Below, piece by piece: positions 19,851 to 30,596 of a stretch of 64,000 nt of DNA (its first letter is position 1; the number at the start of each line of letters is the position of its first letter). The position numbers were made by a program, and so were the translations under genes. This stretch comes from Candidatus Thorarchaeota archaeon (GTDB lineage Archaea; Asgardarchaeota; Thorarchaeia; Thorarchaeales; Thorarchaeaceae). Below the pieces are notes generated by a model. That model saw nothing but the letters and a program-made list of their open reading frames with translations, was not told the DNA's origin and did no database searches. Location: assembly GCA_963726195.1 (NCBI GenBank), contig CAVSBO010000004.1, positions 288,001 to 352,000 of the forward strand, in the 5' to 3' direction.

Positions 19851-22472
19851 TCATTGCTTCCCTTCCACAGGTTCTAGCGGACGTTCGATTCTCGCTACCT
19901 GACTATCAATCTCGATTCCCAAGTCCGTCTTACCCGCGATTGCCGCGATACGTTGAACTGCTTTCAGGTTATGAATCAAAGAGTCCAACCATGTGAACAG
20001 GTCTCCCGGGTACGCCCATAGTTCAAAATCATCGTGCAATCGCTTCGCGATGCCAGATGGATTGAGTCCTTCCTTTCTGCGTTCCACTATCCACCTGCCC
20101 AACCTTATCATGCCATGGTCACACTCGGGAAAATCACGGCAACCGCAGTTGAATATCTCAGCCACCCACCGACTAAACACTTCATAGACCCACCCGGGGA
20201 ACTTGGCCCGGCTCTCCTGCTGGCGGCCCAAGTCTGTCATTTCGGCCATGACTCCTGAGAATAAACGGGTCGGCATGTGAGTCTTGAATGCAGCATCCAC
20301 TTCGGCTTGCAGTTTCGCGCTTAGGTATACGTTATCGAACGGCTCCAATCCGATTGCAGTATCCAAGACATCCATCGTCTCGATGTGCTTCAGAACGTCG
20401 AATCCCTCGCTTGGAGTGAGAAATGAGACTGATGTTGCCCTACCGAGTTCTGTGGGATATACTCCGTTGTCTTGCACACGTATCATGTGATGGCGCACAA
20501 GATACTTCAGCGCATCCGTGACCGAAACGGTCGTAGAAAGCATTTCATCGTAGGCCCGTGTCACATCTTTGAAATCTATCAGACCAGTCGAGCATATTGT
20601 GGCCAGTATCTGTTCGGCGCATGCCTCGGTATCGGCTGTCGGTTCGACGTCTTCCACCACGCCATTAAGCAAATCGACCGCAACTTCGTCTTCCGTTCTC
20701 TGTTGCCCGCTGTGATATTTCCTTTCTGGCTGAACCAAGAGATAGACGAGACCCCTGTCGTGCTTGCCAAGGCGGCCGGCTCGACCGAGCATTTGTTCGA
20801 ACTCGGCGTTCGTGAGCCAGTCTGAGCCCATCGCAAGAGACTCAAATATGACTTGGGACGCTGGCAGGTCCACTCCTGCTCCGAGGGCTGCAGTAGTGAC
20901 TACTGAGGCATAGCGCTGCTTGGAATATGCTGACTCAACGTGACGTCTACGATTGTAGGTGAGGCCTCCGTGATAGACAGTGGCGGAGGTTCCGTTCTCA
21001 CGTAGCCAATCACTTAGGTCGTGTGCTCGGCGCCGTGAGTAGGTGAACACAATCGATTGGCCCTTGAATCCCGCACTGCTAACATTGCGGAATTCCTGCA
21101 AGACAAGCCTGCGGATCATCTCTCGCTTGTCTTCTTCGCTGTGAGCGAAAGCCAAGTGGCGTTCTAGCGGCACCGGCCTCCCTGTGTGGTTGACTAGGGT
21201 GAGCTTGAGTTCCTTGGCTAGGTTCTCCGGCGACCCCACAGTGGCCGACAAGCAGAGGATTTGAGCACGCGGGGCATGGTACCTCAGTCTTGCTACGAGT
21301 CCGTCTAGCTCCGGTCCCCTTTCGGGGTCTGCCAGATTCTGGATTTCATCTACCACTATTGTTCCGACTGTGCCCAACTGTTTGATATCTCCGGAACGGA
21401 ATATTATGTCTAACGCTTCGTACGTGGCGCAAATGATGTCCGCCTTTGATATGTCAGTATCAACGATTGGCCTGCCCTCATTGCCCACATCTAGGCGGGA
21501 CATGCCTACCCTAATCCCGGTGCGCAATCCGAGTTCGCGGTATCGTTTTCTAAACTGCTCGTACTTCTCGTTAGTGAGGGCGACGAGAGGAGCGATGTAA
21601 ATCATCCTCTCACCTGCCACCGCCTTGGGTATCCCGGCCAGTTCGGCAATCAGCGTCTTTCCCGATGAAGTTGAAGACACCACCAAGAGGCTTGCACCGC
21701 GTAGCAGGCCCGATTTGATGGCCAGCTCTTGGACGGGGAGAAGTTTCTCGATGCCGTCGGACTGAAGTAGCTGGGCAAGCTCCTTTGGTATGGGCAGCGA
21801 AGACAACCGTTGCATTGCGCCGGTCTCGCCTACAGGGATAGTATCAAACAGTGTAAGTTCCTTTTCGCGTGTCGGGTCGAATCCTGGGGTCAGCATCTCT
21901 AACAGCCTTGGCACGGACCGCACACGTGAAACTTGTCGCTCCAGCTGGATAATCATGGCTTGGGACAATTTCACTCCCATGTTCTTGAGTTCAGTCTTGA
22001 GATCGCTCTGCCCGCAGCTAATGCAAGAGACTTGGTTCTCAGAAACCTTCACTGCGTTCCGACGAGAAAGGACAGTGAGGCGGTCTTCACGTGAGCAGCT
22101 CGGACAGATGGGTACAATCTTGGGCTGGGTTGCCTGAATACGTGAGAGAAAGTCGCGAAGTTCATCAACGAAAGGTGGAGCCTCCCTGCTGGGAATGAGA
22201 ATGCTTGTCGCTTTCCTGAGTACCTCGTGGAACTCCTTCTCTTGAAGGTACACTGGCTTGTTGTACTTGATGAACCAAGCGCGCTTGATTTCGAGGAGTT
22301 GCGGGCTTCTGTATCCGTATTCGACCATGCCCATGAGAGATGCACGCTGCCTATCTGACAGTACCTCGGAGAAGACCCCTACTAGTGTGGCCATCTCCTG
22401 TCTCGCGCGTCTGAGCAAAATCGTGTAAGGCTCAGATAGTCGCTTCTGTATCTCTGCGTCTGCGACCTCCAC
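19851..22472 (-). CDS. Archaea-specific Ski2-like SF2 helicase (COG1202/ASH-Ski2 type)
   Basis: LLPVQ, SSTSSGKTLIAELAG, PLVAL.N.KY, DEIQ, RG.ELDGL, SAT, RPVPLERH, QMLGRAGR; N-terminal CxxC pairs and C-terminal CGC..FPEC.HG. Confidence 0.92.
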   Translation of the reverse strand: MEVADAEIQKRLSEPYTILLRRARQEMATLVGVFSEVLSDRQRASLMGMVEYGYRSPQLLEIKRAWFIKYNKPVYLQEKEFHEVLRKATSILIPSREAPPFVDELRDFLSRIQATQPKIVPICPSCSREDRLTVLSRRNAVKVSENQVSCISCGQSDLKTELKNMGVKLSQAMIIQLERQVSRVRSVPRLLEMLTPGFDPTREKELTLFDTIPVGETGAMQRLSSLPIPKELAQLLQSDGIEKLLPVQELAIKSGLLRGASLLVVSSTSSGKTLIAELAGIPKAVAGERMIYIAPLVALTNEKYEQFRKRYRELGLRTGIRVGMSRLDVGNEGRPIVDTDISKADIICATYEALDIIFRSGDIKQLGTVGTIVVDEIQNLADPERGPELDGLVARLRYHAPRAQILCLSATVGSPENLAKELKLTLVNHTGRPVPLERHLAFAHSEEDKREMIRRLVLQEFRNVSSAGFKGQSIVFTYSRRRAHDLSDWLRENGTSATVYHGGLTYNRRRHVESAYSKQRYASVVTTAALGAGVDLPASQVIFESLAMGSDWLTNAEFEQMLGRAGRLGKHDRGLVYLLVQPERKYHSGQQRTEDEVAVDLLNGVVEDVEPTADTEACAEQILATICSTGLIDFKDVTRAYDEMLSTTVSVTDALKYLVRHHMIRVQDNGVYPTELGRATSVSFLTPSEGFDVLKHIETMDVLDTAIGLEPFDNVYLSAKLQAEVDAAFKTHMPTRLFSGVMAEMTDLGRQQESRAKFPGWVYEVFSRWVAEIFNCGCRDFPECDHGMIRLGRWIVERRKEGLNPSGIAKRLHDDFELWAYPGDLFTWLDSLIHNLKAVQRIAAIAGKTDLGIEIDSQVARIERPLEPVEGKQ

Positions 22473-22520
22473 TGTGGTAGCCTCACGAAAAGGTCCTCAG
22501 AATAGAATTCGTTTGCGTTT

Positions 22521-23297
22521 TCAAACTTCGTATATGAATAGGCTTTCGTTCTCTTTCACGCCATCAAGCGTCTGCTCATACTCTTCCCGAATTGCTTCAA
22601 TACCCGTACTCGTACTCACGCCCGCTTTCTCAACGATTGTCCAGTCAGACATGGTTTCAATGTCCACTGAACTGGCGAATTTGTTGTATGGAGTTGCCAT
22701 AACTTTGATGCGTTGCGAATCATTGTACTTACGCTTCCTGTACCAATCGACAAGGGGACGGTACATTGGGCTGTTCGTGCCAGCAAGAATGAATCTCGCT
22801 CTTTGAGTACCAGATACGTGAGACACGTGAATCTTCTTTAGCAAGTCCATTGAATGGGCCATTGTCGGAACAGTCACGTTTGACTTGAACTTCATGAGTG
22901 GCTCTGCGGCCAATACATTGCCTCGTTCTATAACGAGTTGACGTATGGTGGTCATGATTTCCTCTGTCTTGCGCGTGGCCAGCGGGTCAATCACTTCTGG
23001 AGAGATAATATCAACCAATGGTACAGGCTCATCAACGCGCATCTGAGTAGGATCAAACATCAAGGCCGCCAAGGGCTCAAGCACTTCGACCCTGCGGTTC
23101 CCGCTCGTGGCCACTCCCTTGAACACTCCTGGCCCAATCAGAACAGACAAGACGGATTCTGCCCTTATGATTGACCACAATTGACGAGAAAGAATCAAGA
23201 CTTGGCCGCTCAGGTCGGCGCCACGTAACACGCCTAGGTCATAGTCGTAGGCTTCTACGCCCAGCAGCCAGTAGATTGGCCCTTGTTCCATCCTCAA
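22521..23297 (-). CDS. Hypothetical protein
   Basis: 258-aa ORF abutting the upstream gene, same strand as the helicase. Confidence 0.75.
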   Translation of the reverse strand: MRMEQGPIYWLLGVEAYDYDLGVLRGADLSGQVLILSRQLWSIIRAESVLSVLIGPGVFKGVATSGNRRVEVLEPLAALMFDPTQMRVDEPVPLVDIISPEVIDPLATRKTEEIMTTIRQLVIERGNVLAAEPLMKFKSNVTVPTMAHSMDLLKKIHVSHVSGTQRARFILAGTNSPMYRPLVDWYRKRKYNDSQRIKVMATPYNKFASSVDIETMSDWTIVEKAGVSTSTGIEAIREEYEQTLDGVKENESLFIYEV

Positions 23298-24482
23298 TCA
23301 CCCGCCGATGACGTAGGAGTTGACAAAATCGGACACGATTCTCGTAGCAATCTCGTCTCCTTGTTCGGCTGGCGCTCCCGCAAGCTCAGCCTTTCCTTTC
23401 TCGATGATTTCTTTTGCAGGCGCATTCTGAATGTGCAGCCGTTCTCCGATCTCGAGAACACACTTTTCAACACAATCTGGAATCGTGTTCCCTTGATACT
23501 TCAGAACACGAATGACGCGGCTGATGTGTTCGTTAAGGTATGCGCTTTGATCTTCGCCCGAGCGCCTTCGTGCAAGCCGAACGTCCCTCTCTAAGAAATC
23601 GAAAGGAGAAGCCATGTCTGGCTCTGCTTTGTCTCCACGCGTTGAGCTAACCCCTACCTGAACATACCTAGACTTGTCCCCTCTACCTGTCGGTCTTGGA
23701 GCGATGTGCACCAACAAATGGGCGACGGCATTCGGATCCATTTTGCTTAGGTCCGTGTCAAGTCCGTTGGTGAGATCATTAATCCTTGCTCTTGTCGTGT
23801 CTATTGTTGCTGACTCGGAAGCAGACGCAAGTACGGATCCAATCTTTCTGAACAGGGCTTGATTCCGCTTTCGGAGTTGTAGAAGTCTGCCTTTCAGGGC
23901 ACTGGGCTTCCACTTCGTGATGGCAGGACCAAAGGCCATCAACAAGTCCTCGCTGTTCGATCTAGGATGCTCTGCAAGCCAAGTCCGAATTGCTGGGAGA
24001 ACAAAACCCTCTGCGAGCTTGGTCCTTGCATTGAATACAGAAAGCGCCTTCTCAACAGTGTAGCTTTCAGACTCTGCAACAGATTCTAGATTTGAGAGCT
24101 CTCTGGTCTTGAGCTCCAGTTCTCTAGCAAAGCTGCCGTAGATGTAAGCTATCCATCTGCCTTCCACCAGCGCGAATTCCAGGATGTTACCTGATAGATT
24201 GGGGATATCTTCTCCGACAGTCGTTCTTCGCTGCAGTTCTCCTGACACTATGTTGACGGCGTCTTTGGTGCTCATGATGCCATCCAAGTTGATTAGGCAG
24301 GCGACCTGCGCCACTTCCAGCGGGCAAGAGAGCTGCGTCGCGGCATCCTTCGCTTCAGCCATCGGCAGTCTTCTGACCCTCTCTCGCAGGTTGGCGTACT
24401 TCTCAGCAAACTCGCGTACGAGTTTCTGTCCGCTAGCTGCTGCAAGGGTCTCGATTTCTTGGTCGCTCAAAACAGGAATCAC
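23298..24482 (-). CDS. Hypothetical, predominantly helical protein
   Basis: 394-aa clean ORF; motif-like segment RGDKSRY...TRGDKAEPDM.SPFDFLERD. Confidence 0.8.
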   Translation of the reverse strand: MIPVLSDQEIETLAAASGQKLVREFAEKYANLRERVRRLPMAEAKDAATQLSCPLEVAQVACLINLDGIMSTKDAVNIVSGELQRRTTVGEDIPNLSGNILEFALVEGRWIAYIYGSFARELELKTRELSNLESVAESESYTVEKALSVFNARTKLAEGFVLPAIRTWLAEHPRSNSEDLLMAFGPAITKWKPSALKGRLLQLRKRNQALFRKIGSVLASASESATIDTTRARINDLTNGLDTDLSKMDPNAVAHLLVHIAPRPTGRGDKSRYVQVGVSSTRGDKAEPDMASPFDFLERDVRLARRRSGEDQSAYLNEHISRVIRVLKYQGNTIPDCVEKCVLEIGERLHIQNAPAKEIIEKGKAELAGAPAEQGDEIATRIVSDFVNSYVIGG

Positions 24483-24593
24483 CTCAATGTCAACTACGAC
24501 TGCCTAGCACCGACTGGTTCTGTACCAACTATCAGGGACGTTCTAGATATGCATTATGTGGACATATGCTCTGCCAAATATGAACGAGGCTTA

Positions 24594-24788
24594 CTAGAAC
24601 ACAAGAAGAAGGAAGTGAAGCCCAAAACCCATGAGCAGTGACCCAAGAATCAGGGCGAAGAACGCCTTGAACTTCGAGAAGTGACGAGCGTGCTCCACGT
24701 GCACAACCATCCATGCGAAGGCGAACACTGACAGGGCGATGAAGGCCAGCGCCACCCATATCAGATACCCTTCGAAAAGCTGCATCAT
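24594..24788 (-). CDS. Small two-TM membrane protein
   Basis: 64 aa, two hydrophobic helices flanking HVEHARHFSK. Confidence 0.7.
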   Translation of the reverse strand: MMQLFEGYLIWVALAFIALSVFAFAWMVVHVEHARHFSKFKAFFALILGSLLMGFGLHFLLLVF

Positions 24789-24864
24789 GGTATGCGACCT
24801 CAGGTATAACTCGTCTCTAGGCCCCTCACTTGACCCTGATTTAAAGCTCTCTATGGTCACATCT

Positions 24865-25692
24865 TCATGCTGTGAAGGGGTACTCCTTGGTCGTGGTCTT
24901 TCCATCGATAGTAATCTTCCTGACGAGCTTGCCTGTCTTCTTTGCTAGCCTTCTCTTCTCAGAGAATGGCAGCCTATCGTCCTCAGGAACGAGTATCTCG
25001 TCTATCACAATCTGATGGTCGATCTGGATGCTCTTGGACTTGGCCGTGATTTCGGACATCAGTTCTGGTATGGCCTCACTTAACACGAAGGCAAGTACGT
25101 CGGGTGTGTTTGCGCATGCTCCTTTGCAGAATGTGGGATCCTTCTGCTTTGATTCTTTCTCTGCTTCCTCTTCGCCTTCCTCTTCTGCTTCGCCCTCTTC
25201 TCCAGACTTTCCGGAGTCGCCCTTAGCGGAGGTGGCCTTGGGGAACGAGGCTTTGGTTGTCACACTCCAAGGCTTTGTTCCATCACGTGGGCTCATGGAA
25301 AGCAACAGAAACGTGGTTGGGTCGTCCACCTCAAGGAGTGCCCGGAGGTGTTCAATGGGAGCAGCTTCACTTAGCTTGGCCTTGAAGACAGGTGCACCCT
25401 CACCTTTCGATTTGCTCCACGGGAGTGGCAGACTCAGTTTGGCGAACGCTGATCTTCGGTCCGTATATGTCACAACCGTGCCCGAGACTTTGTGGAATCC
25501 AGCTGGTGCGAATTTGAGATAACCCTCTACGAAGACCCTTTCGTGATCGAAGTCCGCCTTGAATGTGATTCGCTGTTGTGCAAGTCCTATCACTGCTCTT
25601 GGACCGGGGTATGTCCCGATGCCATACTTCACGAGCTTTGCATGAACAAACTCATCGGGTTTACCCTTGACAATCTTCGCTAGCCAGTTCAT
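24865..25692 (-). CDS. Hypothetical protein with internal acidic loop
   Basis: Clean ORF with EEGEAEEEGEEEAEKE insert. Confidence 0.75.
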   Translation of the reverse strand: MNWLAKIVKGKPDEFVHAKLVKYGIGTYPGPRAVIGLAQQRITFKADFDHERVFVEGYLKFAPAGFHKVSGTVVTYTDRRSAFAKLSLPLPWSKSKGEGAPVFKAKLSEAAPIEHLRALLEVDDPTTFLLLSMSPRDGTKPWSVTTKASFPKATSAKGDSGKSGEEGEAEEEGEEEAEKESKQKDPTFCKGACANTPDVLAFVLSEAIPELMSEITAKSKSIQIDHQIVIDEILVPEDDRLPFSEKRRLAKKTGKLVRKITIDGKTTTKEYPFTA

Positions 25693-25790
25693 CTTTCGAA
25701 GCCCGTTCGGACGCACAGGCTAGGCTGAATTTAAGTCTGATGCCAGCTGCGCGACTGACTAGCTTATAACTGAGATGAGACGCGCGAGGA

Positions 25791-27028
25791 ATGGGAAAAC
25801 TCGAAATGGGACTCAGAGCATCTGGACACTTCTGGAACATCATGACTATGTACGCCATGACCATAATAATGCGGGCGTCTTTCTATGTGAGCATCGCAGT
25901 CATCGGTAGTAAACTGGAGCCGCTAGAGTTGGCAGTTGTGTTTGGCGCCTACCCGCTTACAGAGTTGGTTTCGGTTTCCTTCTTCGGTTCCTACAGTGAT
26001 AAGATTGGCAGAAAACCGATATTCGTGGCCAGTCTGTTCATGACGTCTCTAGCAGCTTCTTGTTTTCCATACCCACCAACTTGTGGGTCTTGCTTGTTTT
26101 CTCTGTCGTGTTTGGCCTTGGTGCAGCCTCCCTAGTATCAACAACACTCTCCATGGTGGCCGACATGTCCTCAGAGACGAATCGTGCCCGATTGATGGGC
26201 TATTACGACATGTCGACACTGTTTGGTCTTGCAGGAGGTTTCGGCCTCGGTCTGATACTCTTGCAGTTCGGGTGGTCAGCATTTGCTATCCTCATCGGGG
26301 CATCAGCGGCCGCCGCCATTGCGGGGGTTGCTGCGCAGGTCTTAATCAAGGAGACTAGAACTGAAATACAGGCCGGAATCAGTGTGAGGCGTCTCATACG
26401 CAAAGTGGCAAGTGATAAGAGAATCCAGAAGCTCGTTCCAGTGTATGTGCCAATCATATCAATGTACGGGATTTTCATAGCATACACGGAGACAATTCTG
26501 AAAAATGAGTTCAAGCATTTGGCGGGTACTGACTTGTTGGTCCTTTTCGGGATTCTCGGTGCTTCTCTTGTCGTTGGAATAATAAGCATGAGTCATCTCT
26601 CGGACCATTATAATAAGCGGAGGCCATTCATCGTCACAGGACTTCTTGGATTTGGATTACTTGCTTATCTTTTGGTATCAAACTCAGCTGACATTAGCGC
26701 TCTCTGGTCAGTATGGCCCATACTCCCGATTCTTGGCTTCATAGCCGGGGCCTTTCCGCCTGCAGCAATGGCTTACCTCACCGATGTATCGGAAAGAGAT
26801 TCCCGAGGAGCCACAATGGGAGTCTACAGCATATTCTTCGGCACGGGTATGCTAATTGGACCCTTCTTAGGTGGGATTGCATATTTTTACTTCGGCCTGA
26901 TCGGTCTCGCTTTCATTGTGGCTCTCCTCATCGCAATCGCGATTGTCGGTACCTATCGCATGTCAGAGGTGCAGACTCTGAACCGGGAGGGAATGGAAGG
27001 CAAAGAGCTTCCGCTGAGCAAGAGTTAA
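25791..27028 (+). CDS. MFS transporter (frameshift near 26058)
   Basis: GSYSDKIGRKP and SHLSDHYNKRRP motif-A copies, about 12 TM helices. Confidence 0.9.
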
Positions 27029-27081
27029 TTAGCGAACGCATCATCCTTGGTCAGATAATACCCAGCAGGGGAGATTTGAGA

Positions 27082-27691
27082 ATGGTCAGAGTAACAACCA
27101 TCAGCAATGTGCTATCAGGAGTCGGCTTGGCAGTCTTAGGGTTCGCTGTGATTTTCAAGTTAATACCTGAGAACTTCCGCTCTTCAGTATCCAGATTATG
27201 CTTGGATGGTCGGCGCAGCGCTTTTCGTGCTTGTCATCATAATGAGCATAATCAACACCTTCACGGAGATGACAGGCTTCGTTCACCCAGATGACAAGCT
27301 CATTAGCAACATGTTTGTGTTCCTTATGGCAATCGCCACGATTCTCATCTATGGAATCCTAGATCAGGGTCTACTATTCCAGTACAGTCTTTACAATCTG
27401 GGTTCAATGATAGTCATCGCCTACGTGTTCTTGTTTGTCTTCTTGCTTTTCAGAGAGACCATCATGAAGGGCGGAGAGAAGGGCAAAGTGAAGGAGATGA
27501 CCGCTCGGTTCATGCTTGTGTCACTCTTTCTCGGTGCTGTAATGTCCGCTGTCAAGTTCGGATTGGATTTCATCTACATTTACATCGGGACGTATGCTCA
27601 TGCCTCCTTGGTACTAGGTATCTTCGCAGTGATACTCGTGATTGTAATCGCAATAGTCCTTGGAAGGCGATACGAACCAGTCTCTCAGTAG
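27082..27691 (+). CDS. Hypothetical membrane protein (frameshift near 27170)
   Basis: MVRVTT..TM continues into YAWMVGAALF after removing one A; about 6 TM helices. Confidence 0.7.
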
Positions 27692-27822
27692 TCCTCGAAA
27701 TGAGAATGGAAGGACCCACTTCCATTCTTCATCTTTATTGTCTATGTGATTATGGATTACGCGATTCTTCGACATTGATGCTTGATAGCTGCCACTAATG
27801 CGCAACCATGAAGCATGCTTAA

Positions 27823-29736
27823 GTGCAGCAGTCCAACTTGCGGTTCAAGGTGATGCCTCGGATGACAAAGGATGGATTGTGGCTGGGTTACAAGCTGGAT
27901 CCACAAGGGAACAAGACGGATGAACGTTTTGAGATTAGCACTGACTTGCTGAGGCGTCACGGAGGTATTTTCGGGTCAACAGGCTCTGGAAAGACAGTCC
28001 TGGGCAAGGTCATCCTCGAAGAAGCAGCAATGCAAGGGATTCCTGTGCTGGCGTTCGATCCTCAGGGAGACATCGCATCATTGATGTTGCCCGGCGATCC
28101 GAAAGTTCTTGAATCGAAAGGAGTTCCTGCCTCCCGACTGAAGGAGTACTTGGACAAGGTTATAGTGCGAGTCTATACACCAGCCAGCAGTAAGGGTCTG
28201 TCCGTTTCAATCAATCCTCTGAGTCTGCCTGATGAGAAAGCTGATTCTGACGACATGATTCGACTGCTTGACAACTCGGCGAGAACTCTTGTCAAGGTTC
28301 TTCTGAAAGTCGCTGGTCTCACTTCAACTTGGGAGAGCAAGTCCTTTGCCGCTGTCTACGAACTCATTCGGATCAAGTGGCAGAAAAAGGTGAAAATCAA
28401 AGATCTAAGCGAACTCGCTGATATGCTGGTCGCTGATAAGGAATCTGTCGGCGTTGACCTTGAGCCGTTTATGAAGGTAACCGAGCGGGAGAAACTCGCA
28501 GCAGCTATCCGGAGCTTAACTGTGGGTTCATCTCAGTTGCTGTTCCGAGAGGAGGGGCAACTTGACTTTGACCAGTTGACCAAACCTGTGAATGGGAAAA
28601 CACCAATCAATGTTCTCTTTCTTAAGACGCTCAGGAGTGAAGAAGAGAAGCACTTCTTTATCTCTATCGTACTCAACCAGCTGTATTCTTGGATGTTGAA
28701 GCAGGGCTACACGGACAAGCCAAAGCTGGTTATCTACCAAGATGAAGCGGCACCATTCATTCCGGCTGGCATGAGGGCGCCCGGTCCGAAGGAAATCTAC
28801 CTTCTACTTTTCCGACAGGCAAGAAAATACGGAATTGAGTGTGTGATTTCTACTCAGAGCCCCAAGGATATCGACTACAAGGCCTTCGAGCAGTTCAACA
28901 CTATTGCAACTGGCAGAATCAGCAGCGAGCAGTCACTCAAGGTCCTGGAGAGAATACTCGAGCCTATCGCAGGAGAGAGAGAGTCGGAGTCAATCATGAA
29001 AGCTCTTCCAGGTCAGGAGGTTGGTTCATTCATATTCTCATCTGCGGACATGGCTCCAAAGGTCAACCACATGGTCGTGCGATGGCTGTTGACGAATCAC
29101 GTCACACTCACTGAACAGGACGTACAGAAGTATATGGCCGCAATGGTGAAGGAACAGCAGAAGTTGCTGGAGGAATTGGAGAAGACTCGTGTAGAGGAAG
29201 AGAAGCGAAGGGCTCACGAAGACGAACGAAAGCGGCAAGACGAAGAGAGGGCTAGGCTTCTTGAATTGAAGAAGTCTAAGTTCAAGTCGGTGAAAGAGAC
29301 AGAGAAGGTATTCGCGACTCGGGGGAAGCTAGGGGCAGTCTCATATGACGACATCATGAACGCCTTCATAGCTAGAATTGAGGCTGTCGCCAGAACCACT
29401 TTCGGTCTCCCATTCCTGAAAGAACTCGTCAAGGCACGAAGATTGGAATATGAGCGAGCAATGTCTACATACCTGAAGGAGGCCAAGGCGGCAATCGCCC
29501 AGGGCCTAGCGAAAGAAGTTGCGCTTCCGGGTGAGAAGAGCGGGAAGCCAACTCAGTACCTGAGCTACGAATTCGAGTACGTGCTCCAAGAGGTAATCAA
29601 GAGTACTGGAGTTCTTGAGCCAGAATATGTAGACGGAGGCAGACTCAAGAAGCGCTTCGAGGAGATTGTGGAAAAGGCCACGACAAACCACCTGTTGGAA
29701 CGCGTAATCCTCGGGAAGCCGTTCCTGCAGTTCTAG
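27823..29736 (+). CDS. HerA/FtsK-superfamily ATPase (DUF87/DUF853-like) with charged coiled-coil
   Basis: RHGGIFGSTGSGKT, DPQGD, VYTP.S..G, YQDEA, RQARKYG, STQSP.DIDYK. Confidence 0.88.
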   Translation: MQQSNLRFKVMPRMTKDGLWLGYKLDPQGNKTDERFEISTDLLRRHGGIFGSTGSGKTVLGKVILEEAAMQGIPVLAFDPQGDIASLMLPGDPKVLESKGVPASRLKEYLDKVIVRVYTPASSKGLSVSINPLSLPDEKADSDDMIRLLDNSARTLVKVLLKVAGLTSTWESKSFAAVYELIRIKWQKKVKIKDLSELADMLVADKESVGVDLEPFMKVTEREKLAAAIRSLTVGSSQLLFREEGQLDFDQLTKPVNGKTPINVLFLKTLRSEEEKHFFISIVLNQLYSWMLKQGYTDKPKLVIYQDEAAPFIPAGMRAPGPKEIYLLLFRQARKYGIECVISTQSPKDIDYKAFEQFNTIATGRISSEQSLKVLERILEPIAGERESESIMKALPGQEVGSFIFSSADMAPKVNHMVVRWLLTNHVTLTEQDVQKYMAAMVKEQQKLLEELEKTRVEEEKRRAHEDERKRQDEERARLLELKKSKFKSVKETEKVFATRGKLGAVSYDDIMNAFIARIEAVARTTFGLPFLKELVKARRLEYERAMSTYLKEAKAAIAQGLAKEVALPGEKSGKPTQYLSYEFEYVLQEVIKSTGVLEPEYVDGGRLKKRFEEIVEKATTNHLLERVILGKPFLQF

Positions 29737-29793
29737 AGAACCCTGCATCATGATTAGCTTGGTTGCTACTGAATGGTCCCGCCAAAGCACCGA

Positions 29794-30507
29794 CTATGAC
29801 TGAAACAAGCCTTGGCCTGTGATGCGGCAGTCCAGCCATTGCTCGATCATTTTTGCAGTCGAGGCTGATGCTTGACTGATGCTATCCTCACTTATCCCCG
29901 GGAATCCGTAGATTAGCAGCACCACTTCGTTGCTTCGGTTCGTGACCCTCGTGAAGTCCGAGTCATGTGTTGCATAACCATAGCACACGATTTTCTCGTC
30001 GTCAGCGAGAACTATCTCTCTGCCTCTGCACTCAAGTGATTCCCCGCCGATTCTGCGGAACACCTCGCCTTTTCCGGCGGTCCGAACTGTTAGCTTTCCA
30101 GTCATCTTTGAAATGTCTGTAAGACCGATTGGCAGCTTGTGGACAACTGAGGCAAGGTTGGCAGTGTCAACGACATTATTGACTCGCCAGAGGTTCTGAC
30201 CCACGAGTATTCTTCTTAGAAGTGCCTCACTTGAAACGCGCTCTTTCGTGGGATCCATTCCGAAGGTCCAATAGAGATCCCTGAATGATCGGAATACAAG
30301 GTCGTCCTTGAGACCATCAAGTGTCATTTCGGCTCGGACACGCTTGAAGATGTCCTGTTCAAACTTCTCAAAAGCCGGACGCGAGGGTGAGACCTTGACT
30401 TCGACCATCTGGATGGCTGCCAGGCATAATCCTTTGCAGTCGACTTCGAAACTCACTAGGTCCTTGTTCGCCAGCCTTCCGGTGAATGGTCTGTCAAGAG
30501 AACTCAT
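29794..30507 (-). CDS. B3/4 domain (PheRS-beta editing-like) protein
   Basis: FR..YW..G.DPTK.R.SSEAL.RR, N.VVD..NL.S, LPIGL.D, LADD. Confidence 0.9.
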   Translation of the reverse strand: MSSLDRPFTGRLANKDLVSFEVDCKGLCLAAIQMVEVKVSPSRPAFEKFEQDIFKRVRAEMTLDGLKDDLVFRSFRDLYWTFGMDPTKERVSSEALLRRILVGQNLWRVNNVVDTANLASVVHKLPIGLTDISKMTGKLTVRTAGKGEVFRRIGGESLECRGREIVLADDEKIVCYGYATHDSDFTRVTNRSNEVVLLIYGFPGISEDSISQASASTAKMIEQWLDCRITGQGLFQS

Positions 30508-30596
30508 TGACGGAGAGAAGCCGGGTCGACACGTTTGAGTCTTTCGGGGTATTCTTTCCAACCACTGTCTCTGGGTCAAGAACATGATTCTCGGAC

